The notes under the pieces are model-generated. The model searched no databases and was not told the origin of the DNA. It worked only from the letters and a program-made list of their open reading frames with translations. Position numbers and translations under genes: made by a program. A DNA stretch of 34,626 nt from Leidyana gryllorum EB-2025a (taxonomy: Eukaryota > Protista > Apicomplexa): the NCBI GenBank assembly GCA_048772705.1, contig JBLWGC010000167.1, positions 1 to 34,626 on the forward strand, read 5' to 3'. Below, piece by piece: positions 19,412 to 29,894 of this stretch (the first letter of the stretch is position 1; each line of letters opens with the position of its first letter).

Positions 19412-19481
19412 TCCACTGTAGTCTAAGTGGCTAGGATATGCGCTCACCCGCACGATCCGGGTTCAAGTCCCGGCAGTGGAA
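19412..19481 (+). pseudogene. tRNA-Glu, 3-nt deletion in the anticodon arm
   Basis: TGCGCTCAC versus TGCGGCTCTCAC. Confidence 0.85.
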
Positions 19482-19541
19482 ATCCAGCTGAGTGCGCTTG
19501 CAGGCAACAGTTCCATTCTTACTTCCAGGGATATAGATCCA

Positions 19542-19614
19542 CACCGCCCGCGGGGCTCGAACCCGCGACTGCAAGATTAAGAGTCTTGCGCTCTACCGAC
19601 TGAGCTAGGGCGGC
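19542..19614 (-). tRNA. trnK: tRNA-Lys(CTT), intact
   Basis: Full cloverleaf. Confidence 0.93.
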
Positions 19615-19863
19615 AAGGAAGCCCTAAACTTAGTTACACCCTATTTGCCGTTGGGTGGAGCAGTGGAAGGATTGACTGGTGGAACAATGTGCTCCAGTAA
19701 CTTCCGTCAATAGTGACTGATGTGTGATTACCAGCTGATATTGCCTTCTTAGCTTAGGGGCAGAGCATTCGCTTAGTAAGAGAAAGATCTCCGGTTCGAT
19801 TCCGGCAGAAGGCTTCGCTCACGACCCAATCAATTCTATAACTGTTTCCCTCTTGCGCACATT

Positions 19864-19935
19864 TAGCAGTGCGTCGTTTCGATCGACGGACCTTTGGGTT
19901 ATGAGCCCAACACTCTTCCACTGAGCTACACTGCT
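19864..19935 (-). tRNA. trnM: Initiator tRNA-Met, intact
   Basis: A1:T72, TTGGG/CCCAA, ATCGAAA. Confidence 0.93.
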
Positions 19936-20076
19936 CAGTCTGCAACATGGAAGAGGGAGCCGAAATGCGATTCCTGAGATGTTAATTGCCCTGACTGCCC
20001 TACCGAAGTGGGCTAAAGGGGGTGCGTGTGTGGTTCTGAGGGCAACTTGTCTCGTCGGGTCAACCGACGACCAAGA

Positions 20077-20148
20077 GGGCTTTTATGGGAATCGAACCCA
20101 GGACTCCTTCCACCCTAAGGAAGGATCATACCACTAGACCAAACAGCC
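20077..20148 (-). pseudogene. tRNA-Pro(AGG) degenerate
   Basis: 3' strand mismatches. Confidence 0.75.
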
Positions 20149-20231
20149 GAATGGGGAGGGGGATATAACGGCTACTTCGTACAGCCGTAGAGCCGAAGTG
20201 ATGGCCAATGCCGCCCCGGAATGAGAACCGT

Positions 20232-20315
20232 TGCACAGAATGGGATTCGAACCCATGCAGACTTGCGCCTACCAGAACTTGAGTCTGGCCCCTTAGACCA
20301 CTCGGGCATCTGTGC
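20232..20315 (-). tRNA. trnL: tRNA-Leu(CAA), intact
   Basis: Mirror of 11419. Confidence 0.95.
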
Positions 20316-21098
20316 GGAACTTTCCTTCTGAGTTCCAGCGTGCAAACGGCTTCCGTTGCGACTGTCGTCTGGGTGCGGTGTATCGGCCTCCAGCCCCGAA
20401 GAAGTCGTACGGCCGGGGGTGCTCACTTCCTAGAGCATCTGTATCGGCGGCTTGTACCACCGATAGGCGGCTGTTTGGTCTAGTGGTATGCACTTGTTTC
20501 GGGTGGAAGAAGTGCTGGTTTCAATTCCCAACACAGCCCGTCTGCCGTCTGATAGCTGTTGACTCAACACGGCACGTCTCTCGAAGCTCGGCTGAGATAT
20601 GCGGCTCTCACTCCACCCATCCCGGACAAAGTCCCCGACAGCCAAGACAAAATCTGAGTTGTTGACCCAACAGGCGAGGCTGGAACCCGACCATTCGCCC
20701 AGACGCCACTGGGACTCGAACCCAAAATCCCCGGTTTCGTAGACCGATTCCATATCCATTGGGCCATAGTGTCGACTAACGAGGCCATCAAATGGATGTA
20801 TGTGGTGATCAAGCGTTGTTGATCCCGGCAAGAGTTTCCATTCGAGACGACAGAGACATACTGCCCGGGCAGGAATCAGCGTGGGTTTGCACGGCCACAA
20901 CGTGCTGTCCCAACCACTAGACGACTCGGACAATCTTCGAGTGAAACTACAAAGGTAGCGGGGCATCAATCAGGATGGGATGCAACAGGAGGGTCAGATG
21001 CTTTACGGACTGCCCTACTTCAGCCCGTCCCATTTCTGTGAGGTCTTCATGATATGTGTTTCCAGAGACACACGCCCCTTTCACAGTCCGGAAGCCCC

Positions 21099-21151
21099 GT
21101 GTAGCCATGGTCACACGCAGAAGTTCCCGAGTTTGATCCTCGGTGGCTGTA
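21099..21151 (+). pseudogene. tRNA-Val with internal deletion (copies near 22450, 27708)
   Basis: D-arm to anticodon deleted. Confidence 0.8.
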
Positions 21152-21360
21152 GCTCGCAACTTTCAGCGAGAACCAAAGGAAACAATCCTAAGCGCAACCA
21201 AGTGTGCTCCGAGACCGGGAAGCGACCCTGGTCTTCTGCGTGATAGGCGGAAATACTAACCGCTATAGAGACCGCGGGTTCGGGCAGCGCGACCGGTCCG
21301 AGTCAAGCTTGCTGAACCGTATGTGAAGCCACTGTCTGCGGGATGCCGAGTTTGACCGTT

Positions 21361-21442
21361 GGCAACTTGCCCTAGTGGTTAAGGGCGTAGACTTGAAATC
21401 TACTGGGCCTGGCCCGCGCTGGTTCAAATCCAGCAGTTGTCG
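21361..21442 (+). tRNA. trnS: tRNA-Ser(TGA) variant
   Basis: Two D-arm-region substitutions versus 29678. Confidence 0.75.
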
Positions 21443-21506
21443 TGCGATGTGATCGGAGGGTCAAACACCAACTCACGCATAAAACTCAACCATGTGCTAT
21501 CTCCTC

Positions 21507-21577
21507 TGCATCTGCCCGGAATCGAACCCGGGTCGTCTCGATGGCAACGAGACATTTTGTCACTTGACCACAGATGC
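21507..21577 (-). pseudogene. tRNA-Gly(GCC) degenerate
   Basis: A-box destroyed. Confidence 0.8.
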
Positions 21578-21673
21578 GTAACACCTTGTTGTTGAAGCTC
21601 GTACACAATAACGGCCGTTTTGCTTCGAATGAGAAGACAGGGTCAAGTTGAGCGAGTATGAGAGACGCCTAGT

Positions 21674-21745
21674 CAGTACGTAACTCAGTGGTAGAGCAGT
21701 TGACTGCAGATCAGCAAGTCTGTGATTCAACTTCGCGCGTGCCCT
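21674..21745 (+). pseudogene. tRNA-Cys(GCA) degenerate (also 29991-30062)
   Basis: CT-GCA-GA loop; acceptor and T-arm broken. Confidence 0.8.
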
Positions 21746-22036
21746 GAAGTTGAGCTGAAACGCTGGAAGATGTTAGACCAACATTTCTGACCACAGTGGG
21801 TTGCAGAATCCTGCGGTAGAAAGAGGAGGGTCTCTATACTAACCTCTGAAATATTGTAGCTCCGTCTTGTAGCTCAGTCGGCAGAGCGTGTGGCTGTTAA
21901 CCACAAAGTCGCAAGTTCGAAACCTGCCAAGACCGGTTTCAAAGGCACCCTTAACACTGACTGCGCTGCTCTCGCAATGGCACTTGTGGTCTGCGAGGTT
22001 GGGTTTGGCTCCGGCCACGTGCTGCGGTACCTACTT

Positions 22037-22109
22037 TGGACGACCTGGGTATCGATCCCAGTACCTCTCGCATGCGAAGCGAGCGCTCTACCATTTGAGC
22101 TAGCCGCCC
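22037..22109 (-). tRNA. trnA: tRNA-Ala(CGC), intact
   Basis: Identical to 10201. Confidence 0.93.
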
Positions 22110-22169
22110 AGAGGCACAACATGGAAGAGCTACTGCATTGGGTAGCTGACCGAGTGCCGATACAACGGC

Positions 22170-22249
22170 TGACAAGAGTGGGATTCGAACCCACGCCCTT
22201 TCGGACTGCGGCCTGAACACAGCGCCTTAGACCACTCGGCCATCTTGCC
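22170..22249 (-). tRNA. trnL: tRNA-Leu(CAG), intact
   Basis: Full cloverleaf. Confidence 0.93.
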
Positions 22250-23264
22250 GGAACATCTTGCCGCAATGTTGTTGGCTCGCCGCTTCACACGTTTTCTGTT
22301 CGTGAGTCAAAATAGAAAGACTTCTGGGATTGGAGGCCGGCGTGTATTTCCGCCTGTCACGCGGAAGACCAGGGTTCGTTCCCCGGTCTCGGAGCACAGT
22401 TGATTTCGCTTAGGATTGTTTCGTTTGGTTCTCGCTGAAAGTTGCGAGCTACAGCCACCGAGGATCAAACTCGGGACCTCCTGCGTGTGACCATGGCTAC
22501 ACGGGGCTTCCGGACTGTGAAAGGGGCGTGTGTCTCTGGAAACACATATCATGAAGACCTCACAGAAATGGGACGGGCTGAAGTAGCGCAGTCCGTAAAG
22601 CATCTGACCCTCCTGTTGCATCCCATCCTGATTGATGCCCGGCTACCTTTGTAGTTTCACTCGAAGATTGTCCGAGTCGTCTAGTGGTTGGGACAGCACG
22701 TTGTGGCCGTGCAAACCCACGCTGATTCCTGCCCGGACGGTATGTCTCTGTCGTCTCGAATGGAAACTCTTGCCGGGATCAACAACGCTTGATCACCACA
22801 TACATCCATTTGATGGCCTCGTTAGTCGACACTATGGCCCAATGGATATGGAATCGGTCTACGAAACCGGGGATTTTGGGTTCGAGTCCCAGTGGCGTCT
22901 GGGCGAATGGTCGGGTTCCAGCCTCGCCTGTTGGGTCAACAACTCAGATTTTGTCTTGGCTGTCGGGGACTTTAGCCGCATATCTCAGCCGAGCTTCGAG
23001 AGATGTGCCGTGTTGAGTCAACAGCTATCAGACGGCAGACGGGCTGTGTTGGGAATTGAAACCAGCACTTCTTCCACCCGAAACAAGTGCATACCACTAG
23101 ACCAAACAGCCGCCTATCGGTGGTACAAGCCGCCGATACAGATGCTCTAGGAAGTGAGCACCCCCGGCGGTACGACTTCTTCGGGGCTGGAGGCCGATAC
23201 ACCGCACCCAGACGACAGTCGCAACGGAAGCCGTTTGCACGCTGGAACTCAGAAGGAAAGTTCC

Positions 23265-23348
23265 GCACAGATGCCCGAGTGGTCTAAGGGGCCAGACTCA
23301 AGTTCTGGTAGGCGCAAGTCTGCATGGGTTCGAATCCCATTCTGTGCA
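23265..23348 (+). tRNA. trnL: tRNA-Leu(CAA), intact
   Basis: Identical to 11419. Confidence 0.95.
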
Positions 23349-23431
23349 ACGGTTCTCATTCCGGGGCGGCATTGGCCATCACTTCGGGTCTACGGCTGTA
23401 CGAAGTAGCCGATATATCCCCCTCCCCATTC

Positions 23432-23516
23432 GGCTGTTTGGTCTAGTGGTATGATCCTTCCTTAGGGTGGTTCCTTAGGGTGGAAGGAGTCCTGGGTTCG
23501 ATTCCCATAAAAGCCC
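23432..23516 (+). pseudogene. tRNA-Pro(AGG) with 13-nt anticodon-arm duplication
   Basis: TTCCTTAGGGTGG twice. Confidence 0.88.
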
Positions 23517-23657
23517 TCTTGGTCGTCGGTTGACCCGACGAGACAAGTTGCCCTCAGAACCACACGCGCACCCCCTTTAGCCCACTTCGGTAGGGCAGTC
23601 AGGGCAATCAACATCTCAGGAATCGCATTTCGGCTCCCTCTTCCATGTTGCAGACTG

Positions 23658-23722
23658 AGCAGTGTAGCTCAGTGGAAGAGTGTTGGGCTCAAAGGTCCGT
23701 CGATCGAAACGACGCACTGCTA
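23658..23722 (+). pseudogene. Initiator tRNA-Met with 7-nt anticodon deletion
   Basis: GGGCTCAAAGG versus GGGCTCATAACCCAAAGG. Confidence 0.88.
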
Positions 23723-23971
23723 AGTGTGCGCAAGAGGGAAACAGTTATAGAATTGATGGGGTCGTGAGCGAAGCCTTCTGCCGGAATCGAACCGGAGATC
23801 TTTCTCTTACTAAGCGAATGCTCTGCCCCTAAGCTAAGAAGGCAATATCAGCTGGTAATCACACATCAGTCACTATTGACGGAAGTTACTGGAGCACATT
23901 GTTCCACCAGTCAATCCTTCCACTGCTCCACCCAACGGCAAATAGGGTGTAACTAAGTTTAGGGCTTCCTT

Positions 23972-24044
23972 GCCGCCCTAGCTCAGTCGGTAGAGCGCAA
24001 GACTCTTAATCTTGCAGTCGCGGGTTCGAGCCCCGCGGGCGGTG
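23972..24044 (+). tRNA. trnK: tRNA-Lys(CTT), intact
   Basis: Full cloverleaf. Confidence 0.93.
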
Positions 24045-24104
24045 TGGATCTATATCCCTGGAAGTAAGAATGGAACTGTTGCCTGCAAGCGCACTCAGCT
24101 GGAT

Positions 24105-24177
24105 TTCCACTGCCGGGACTTGAACCCGGATCGTGCGGGTGAGAGCCGCATATCCTAGCCACTTAGACTACAGTGGA
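24105..24177 (-). tRNA. trnE: tRNA-Glu(CTC), intact
   Basis: Full cloverleaf. Confidence 0.93.
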
Positions 24178-24295
24178 CCACTCCCTCAGCTGCAGCTTTA
24201 GCCGAGAGCCGTACCCTTTTGACAAGACATGATTGCAGAATCCTGCAGTAGAATAAGGGAGGATCTCTATACTAACCTCTGAAACATTGCAGCTG

Positions 24296-24368
24296 GGTCT
24301 TGTAGCTCAGTCGGCAGAGCGTGTGGCTGTTAACCACAAAGTCGCAGGTTCGAAACCTGCCAGGACCG
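24296..24368 (+). tRNA. trnN: tRNA-Asn(GTT), intact
   Basis: Full cloverleaf. Confidence 0.92.
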
Positions 24369-24483
24369 GTTTCGGAGGCACACCAAACACTGAGTGCGCT
24401 GCTCTCCCAATGGCACTTCTGGTCTGCGACCCTTCAAAGATGTAAGTTTGTTTGGGTCCCCCCACGTGCAGCCGTACGTACTT

Positions 24484-24556
24484 TGGACGACCTGGGTGTC
24501 GATCCCAGTACCTCTCGCATGCGAAGCGAGCGCTCTACAATCTGAGCTAGCCGCCC
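24484..24556 (-). pseudogene. tRNA-Ala(CGC), D-loop GG lost
   Basis: GATTGTA D-loop. Confidence 0.65.
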
Positions 24557-24792
24557 GTGGTGCAGACCCCATCGCATTTGTTGGTTCTCAACATAGGATG
24601 ACCACTTTTTAAACTGTCTTCAGCGGGTTGCACGAACGACAGGCGGCTGTTTGGTGTAGTGGTATGATACTTCCGTCGGGTGGAAGAAGTCCTAGGTTCC
24701 ATTCCCAGAACAGCCCGCTTTGTTGTATCTTGACCCAACCTGCCTGGCAGCATGGTTCTGGATTCAGGTGATTCCTCGGAGAAAGTCGGAGG

Positions 24793-24865
24793 GGGAGTGT
24801 AGCGCAGTCGGTAGCGCGTAGGTCTCATAATCCTGAAGTCGAGAGTTCGATCCTCTCCACTCCCA
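24793..24865 (+). tRNA. trnM: Elongator tRNA-Met, intact
   Basis: Mirror of 17585. Confidence 0.93.
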
Positions 24866-24929
24866 GGGTCGAAATCGGAACCGCCGACAAACTCATCATG
24901 CTATCATTTTGCAGTCGGGAATCGCACAC

Positions 24930-25525
24930 GGGTCGTCCAAACTCAGTAGGGCGGCACCTGCCGCTGCTACAAGATGCAGTAGCAATGTTCTTCCAAACGA
25001 GGAAGAATCATACCTTCAGACCAAACAACCCCCCAGTCGGCCTGCCCGGCGACGGCACTCATAGCTGTCAAATCATTCCGCATCTCAAGAATCACATTCC
25101 GCTTCCTTCATGATATCCGACGCTGGAGTAGTGGCTCATGACTGCAAGGTCCGTCGATCGGCACGACGCACTGTGAAGTGTCCGGAGGAGGATACCCTGC
25201 TATGCACTCGGTGGTCGTGTTCGGCTGTCATTGAAGTGATTTGCTCCCCGGCGGGATCGAACCATCGACCTTCGGCACATAAGGCCGATGCTCTAACCAG
25301 CTGAGCTGGGGGAGCAATCAACGCCGTGCCACCGCGTCACTCATATTCGAATTCATCTGAGGGGATTGTTACATCAAGTGTCAGAATGCGCCTGGCTCGT
25401 GCCGACCGAGCTTGTCAGCAATATGTCTGACTCGCTGGCAATTTGCCACACCGGTTTAAGGCATGGCTTCTGCATCTGCTGGGAATTGAATCTGGGTCGT
25501 CTCGGTGGCAACGACACGTTCTACC
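24930..25525. repeat. Diverged direct copy of ~6185-6790
   Basis: Pro relic-iMet relic-Ile(TAT)-Gly block. Confidence 0.85.
25242..25315 (-). pseudogene. tRNA-Ile(TAT) degenerate
   Basis: T8C and T-stem mismatches. Confidence 0.75.
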
Positions 25526-25637
25526 ACTAGACCACAGATGGGTGAGTCGTTGTTGTTCAAGCTCCTACACAATAACGGCCGTTTTGCTCCAAATGAGAGG
25601 ACAAAATCGAGTTGAGCGAGTATGAGGGGCAGTTCGT

Positions 25638-25709
25638 GGGTACGTAGCTCAGTGGTAGAGCAGCTGACTGCAGATCAGCAAGTCCGTGGGTCAACTCCGC
25701 GCGTGCCCT
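25638..25709 (+). tRNA. trnC: tRNA-Cys(GCA), best copy, T54G
   Basis: GGGTACG/CGTGCCC acceptor, T73; T-arm imperfect. Confidence 0.65.
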
Positions 25710-25900
25710 GAAGCTAGGCTGGAACGATCGGAGATGTTGGATCTCCTTTCCTGACCACAAGGCAATGAGTCTGGAACGGGGAATGATTTGGGACCTATGG
25801 CGCAACCGTAGCGCGTCTGAATGTCTAAATGGCTCTGATGTTTGGGTCCAGCTCAGGGGGATCCAGCATCCGGGTCGGTGCCATCTGTCGTCGCAGAAGT

Positions 25901-25974
25901 GGTCGCGTAGCTCAGTCGGTTAGAGCGTGAGCCTAATAAGCTCAAGGTCCCCGGTTCGAGCCCGGGCGTGACCA
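25901..25974 (+). tRNA. trnI: tRNA-Ile(AAT), intact
   Basis: Full cloverleaf. Confidence 0.95.
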
Positions 25975-26205
25975 AGTGAGTGGATCTTTGATAAAGAGTT
26001 GCCCTGGAGCCAAGGAAGCCCCAACATTCTGCTTCCAATACGAAAGGAACTTGTTACCAAGTCCAAGCTTCCTTGCCGCTAGCTCCGTCGGGAGCGCAAG
26101 ACTTTCAATGGGGAGACCGCGGGTTCGGGCAGCGCGAGCGGTCCGAGTCAAGCTTGCTGAACCGTATATGAAGCCACTGTCTGCGGCATGCCGAGTTCGA
26201 CAGGT

Positions 26206-26287
26206 GGCAACTTGCCCGAGTGGTTAAGAGGGTAGACTAGAAATCTACTGGGCCTGGCCCGCGCTGGTTCAAATCCAGCAGTTGTCG
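26206..26287 (+). tRNA. trnS: tRNA-Ser(AGA), one D-stem change
   Basis: Paralog of 4116. Confidence 0.8.
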
Positions 26288-26351
26288 TGCGATGTGGTGG
26301 AAATGATGCAATTCCCCGCATCAAGAACTCATATGGGTCGGGACAGGGAAT

Positions 26352-26423
26352 GCCTCCTTAGCTTAGGGGCAGAGCATTCGCTTAGTAAGCGAAAGGTCGC
26401 CGGTTCGATTCCGGCAGAAGGCT
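26352..26423 (+). tRNA. trnT: tRNA-Thr(AGT), chimeric acceptor
   Basis: 5' flank of the TGT locus, 3' flank of the AGT loci; C5:A68. Confidence 0.75.
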
Positions 26424-26472
26424 TTGGTCACGACCCAATCCATTCTATAGCTGTTTCCCTCCTGGGCACACT

Positions 26473-26544
26473 TAGCAGTGCGTCGTTTCGATCGACGGAC
26501 CTTTGGGTTATGAGCCCAACACTCTTCCACTGAGCTACACTGCT
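26473..26544 (-). tRNA. trnM: Initiator tRNA-Met, intact
   Basis: As 19864. Confidence 0.93.
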
Positions 26545-26839
26545 TAGTCTGCAAAATGTAAGAGGTAGCCGAAATGCGACTCTCGAGATGTTAGTTGCCC
26601 TGACTGCCCTACCGAAGTGGGCTAAAGGGGGTGCGTGTGTGGCTCTGAGGGCAACTTGTCTCGTCGGGTCAACCGACGACCAAGAGGGCTTTTATGGGAA
26701 TCGAACCCAGGACTCCTTCCACCCTAAGGAGTATCATACCACTAGATCAAACAGCCGAATGGGGGGGGGATATAACGGCTACTCACGTACAGCCGTAGAC
26801 CCGAAGTGATGGCCAATGCCGCCCCGCAATGAGAACCGT

Positions 26840-26923
26840 TGCACAGAATGGGATTCGAACCCATGCAGACTTGCGCCTACCAGAACTTGAGTCTGGCCCC
26901 TTAGACCACTCGGGCATCTGTGC
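26840..26923 (-). tRNA. trnL: tRNA-Leu(CAA), intact
   Basis: Fourth identical copy. Confidence 0.95.
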
Positions 26924-27946
26924 GGAACTTTCCTTCTGAGTTCCAGCGTGCAAACGGCTTCCGTTGCGACTGTCGTCTGGGTGGGGTGTATCGGCCTCCA
27001 GCCCCGAAGAAGTCGTACGGCCGGGGGTGCTCACTCCCTAGAGCATCTGTATCGGCGGCTTGTACCACCGATAGGCGGCTGTTTGGTCTAGTGGTATGCA
27101 CTTGTTTCGGGTGGAAGAAGTGCTGGTTTCAATTCCCAACACAGCCCGTCTGCCGTCTGATAGCTGTTGACTCAACACGGCACGTCTCTCGAAGCTCGGC
27201 TGAGATATGCGACTCTCACTCCACCCATCCCGGACAAAGTCCCCGACAGCCAAGACAAAATCTGAGTTGTTGACTCAACAGGCGAGGCTGGAACCCGACC
27301 ATTCGCCCAGACGCCACTGGGACTCGAACCCAAAATCCCCGGTTTCGTAGACCGATTCCATATCCATTGGGCCATAGTGTCGACTAACGAGGCCATCAAA
27401 TGGATGTATGTGGTGATCAAGCGTTGTTGATCCCGGCAAGAGTTTCCATTCGAGACGACAGAGACATACTGTCCGGGCAGGAATCAGCGTGGGTTTGCAC
27501 GGCCACAACGTGCTGTCCCAACCACTAGACGACTCGGACAATCTTCGAGTGAAACTACAAAGGTAGCGGGGCATCAATCAGGATGGGATGCAATAGGAGG
27601 GTCAGATGCTTTACGGACTGCGCTACTTCAGCCCGTCCCATTTCTGTGAGGTCTTCATGATATGTGTTTCCAGAGACACACGCCCCTTTCACAGTCCGGA
27701 AGCCCCGTGTAGCCATGGTCACACGCAGGAGGTCCCGAGTTTGATCCTCGGTGGCTGTAGCTCGCAACTTTCAGCGAGAACCAAACGAAACAATCCTAAG
27801 CGAAATCAACTGTGCTCCGAGACCGGGGAACGAACCCTGGTCTTCCGCGTGACAGGCGGAAATACACGCCGGCCTCCAATCCCAGAAGTCTTTCTATTTT
27901 GACTCACGAACAGAAAACGTGTGAAGCGGCGAGCCAACAACATTCC

Positions 27947-28027
27947 GGCAAGATGGGCGAGTGGTCTAAGGCGCTGTGTTCAGGCCGCCGTCCGAAAGGA
28001 CGTGGGTTCGAATCCCCACTCTTGTCA
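27947..28027 (+). pseudogene. tRNA-Leu(CAG) degenerate
   Basis: Stem mismatches and a 1-nt insertion. Confidence 0.75.
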
Positions 28028-28086
28028 GCGTTGTATCGGCACTCGGTCAGCTACCCAATGCAGTAGCTCTTCCATGTTGTGCCTCT

Positions 28087-28159
28087 GGGCGGCTAGCTCA
28101 AATGGTAGAGCGCTCGCTTCGCATGCGAGAGGTACTGGGATCGATACCCAGGTCGTCCA
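28087..28159 (+). tRNA. trnA: tRNA-Ala(CGC), intact
   Basis: Full cloverleaf. Confidence 0.93.
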
Positions 28160-28531
28160 AACTATCTGGAATCTTCGTCTCCAGCTGCCAGAACCCACGA
28201 CCTTGAAGGGGTCACGTCTTACCCTTCGACCACAGGTGCACCTGAGAGCTTGACAGAGGCTGCAGCGGGCGCTGAGACATGAACGAAGTAACCGCAGCCC
28301 GCTTTTTCCCGATCACGGAGCAAACGCGCTCCACCAATGAAAAGCATGTTCCGACGCAGATGAGGAGTCTGTGACCCTCAGCCACAGCAATTTTCACAGC
28401 GCATGACAAGTGACTGCTGAATTGAGCCACCAAGGGCCGGACCCAGAAGGTGTGAAGATCACTCGCTCAACCACTTCCACCTCCTTTCAATATGGCACGG
28501 CTCTCATCTGAAGCCTCAACTCGGGGAATTG

Positions 28532-28604
28532 TCCACTGTAGTCTAAGTGGCTAGGATATGCGGCTCTCACCCGCACGATCCGGGTTCAAGTCCCGGCAGT
28601 GGAA
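28532..28604 (+). tRNA. trnE: tRNA-Glu(CTC), intact
   Basis: Full cloverleaf. Confidence 0.93.
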
Positions 28605-28664
28605 ATCCAGCAGAGTGTGCTTGTAGGCAACGGTTCCATTCCTACTCCCAGAGACATTGATTTG

Positions 28665-28737
28665 CACCGCCCGCGGGGCTCGAACCCGCGACTGCAAGAT
28701 TAAAAGTCTTGCGCTCTACCGACTGAGCTAGGGCGGC
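28665..28737 (-). tRNA. trnK: tRNA-Lys(TTT), intact
   Basis: Full cloverleaf. Confidence 0.93.
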
Positions 28738-28841
28738 AAGGAAGCTCTAAACTTAGTTACACCCTATTTGCCGCTGGATAAAACAATGTGCTTCAGTAAC
28801 TTCCGCCAATAGGGACTCATTCGTGATGTCCAGTTAACATT

Positions 28842-28911
28842 GCCTCCTTAGCTTGGGGCAGAGCATTTGCTTAGTTAGTGAAAGGTCGCCGTTCGATTCG
28901 GGCAGAAGGCT
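28842..28911 (+). pseudogene. tRNA-Thr degenerate
   Basis: Deletions and mismatches. Confidence 0.75.
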
Positions 28912-28959
28912 TCGCTCACGAGCCAATCTATCCTGCAACTGTTCGCTTCTGCGCACACT

Positions 28960-29031
28960 TAGCAGTGCGTCGTTTCGATCGACGGACCTTTGCGTTATGA
29001 GCCTAACACTCTTCCACTCAGCTACACTGCT
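28960..29031 (-). pseudogene. Initiator tRNA-Met degenerate (also 31770-31841)
   Basis: Anticodon stem broken here; acceptor end and D-arm start altered in the 31770 copy. Confidence 0.78.
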
Positions 29032-29249
29032 CAGTCTGCAACATGGAAGAGGTAGCCGAAATGTGATCCTCGAGATGTTAGTTGCCCTGACTGCCCTACC
29101 GAAGCGGGTTAACGAGGTGCTCTGAAGATAACCTGAAACGCTCGAAGATGCTGGAACTCCATTCCTGACCACAATGCAATGAGTCTGGAGCGCGGAATGA
29201 TTTCGAATTACTCAATCAGACCTCATGTTCTTCCTCTATGGGCGCCACC

Positions 29250-29329
29250 TGACAAGAGTGGAATCCGGGCTCGAACCGGGGACCTTGAGCTTATTAGGCT
29301 CACGCTCTAACCGACTGAGCTACGCGACC
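29250..29329 (-). pseudogene. Ile(AAT)/Leu chimera
   Basis: Ile through the T-arm, then Leu-type CCACTCTTGTCA end. Confidence 0.8.
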
Positions 29330-29677
29330 ACTTCTGCGACGACAGATGGCACCGACCCGGATGCTGGATCTCCCCTGAGATTCAGACACTAGCGGACAGC
29401 TGTAGACGGCGCAGCGTTGAAAAGGCGTCGACCCGGGCGTGACCAAGTGAGTGGATCTCTGATAAAGAGTTGCGCTGGACCCAAGGAAGCCGCAACATTT
29501 TGCGACCAATACGAAAGGAACTTGTTACCAAGTCCGAGCTTCCTTGCCGCGCCAGCTCCGTCGGTAGAGCGCAAGACTTTCAATGGAGAGACCGCAGCTT
29601 AGGGCGCGACCGGTCCGAGTCAAGCTTGCTGAACCGTATGTGAAGCCACTGTCTGCGGGATGCCGAGTTCGACCGTT

Positions 29678-29759
29678 GGCAACTTGCCCGAGTGGTTAAG
29701 GGGGTAGACTTGAAATCTACTGGGCCTGGCCCGCGCTGGTTCAAATCCAGCAGTTGTCG
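29678..29759 (+). tRNA. trnS: tRNA-Ser(TGA), intact
   Basis: Identical to Ser AGA/CGA except N34. Confidence 0.93.
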
Positions 29760-29823
29760 TGCGATGAGATCGGAGGGTCAAACACCAACTCACGCATAAA
29801 ACTCCACCATGTGCTATCTCCTC

Positions 29824-29894
29824 TGCATCTGCCGGGAATCGAACCCAGGTCGTCTCGATGGCAACGAGACATTCTACCACCAGACCACAGATGC
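29824..29894 (-). tRNA. trnG: tRNA-Gly(GCC), A14G variant
   Basis: Two substitutions versus 83. Confidence 0.7.

Larger units (their letters stand above)
21268..21870. repeat. Segment directly repeated at ~29587-30190
   Basis: Ser(TGA)-Gly-Cys-Asn block. Confidence 0.85.
22035..23770. repeat. Segment inverted at ~26425-28160
   Basis: Ala...iMet block mirrored. Confidence 0.9.

Noticed and set aside
10510-28160. Pure assembly or MDA artefact
   Set aside because: Copies show graded divergence from near-identical to barely recognisable, which artefacts do not produce; the youngest inversions still need read support
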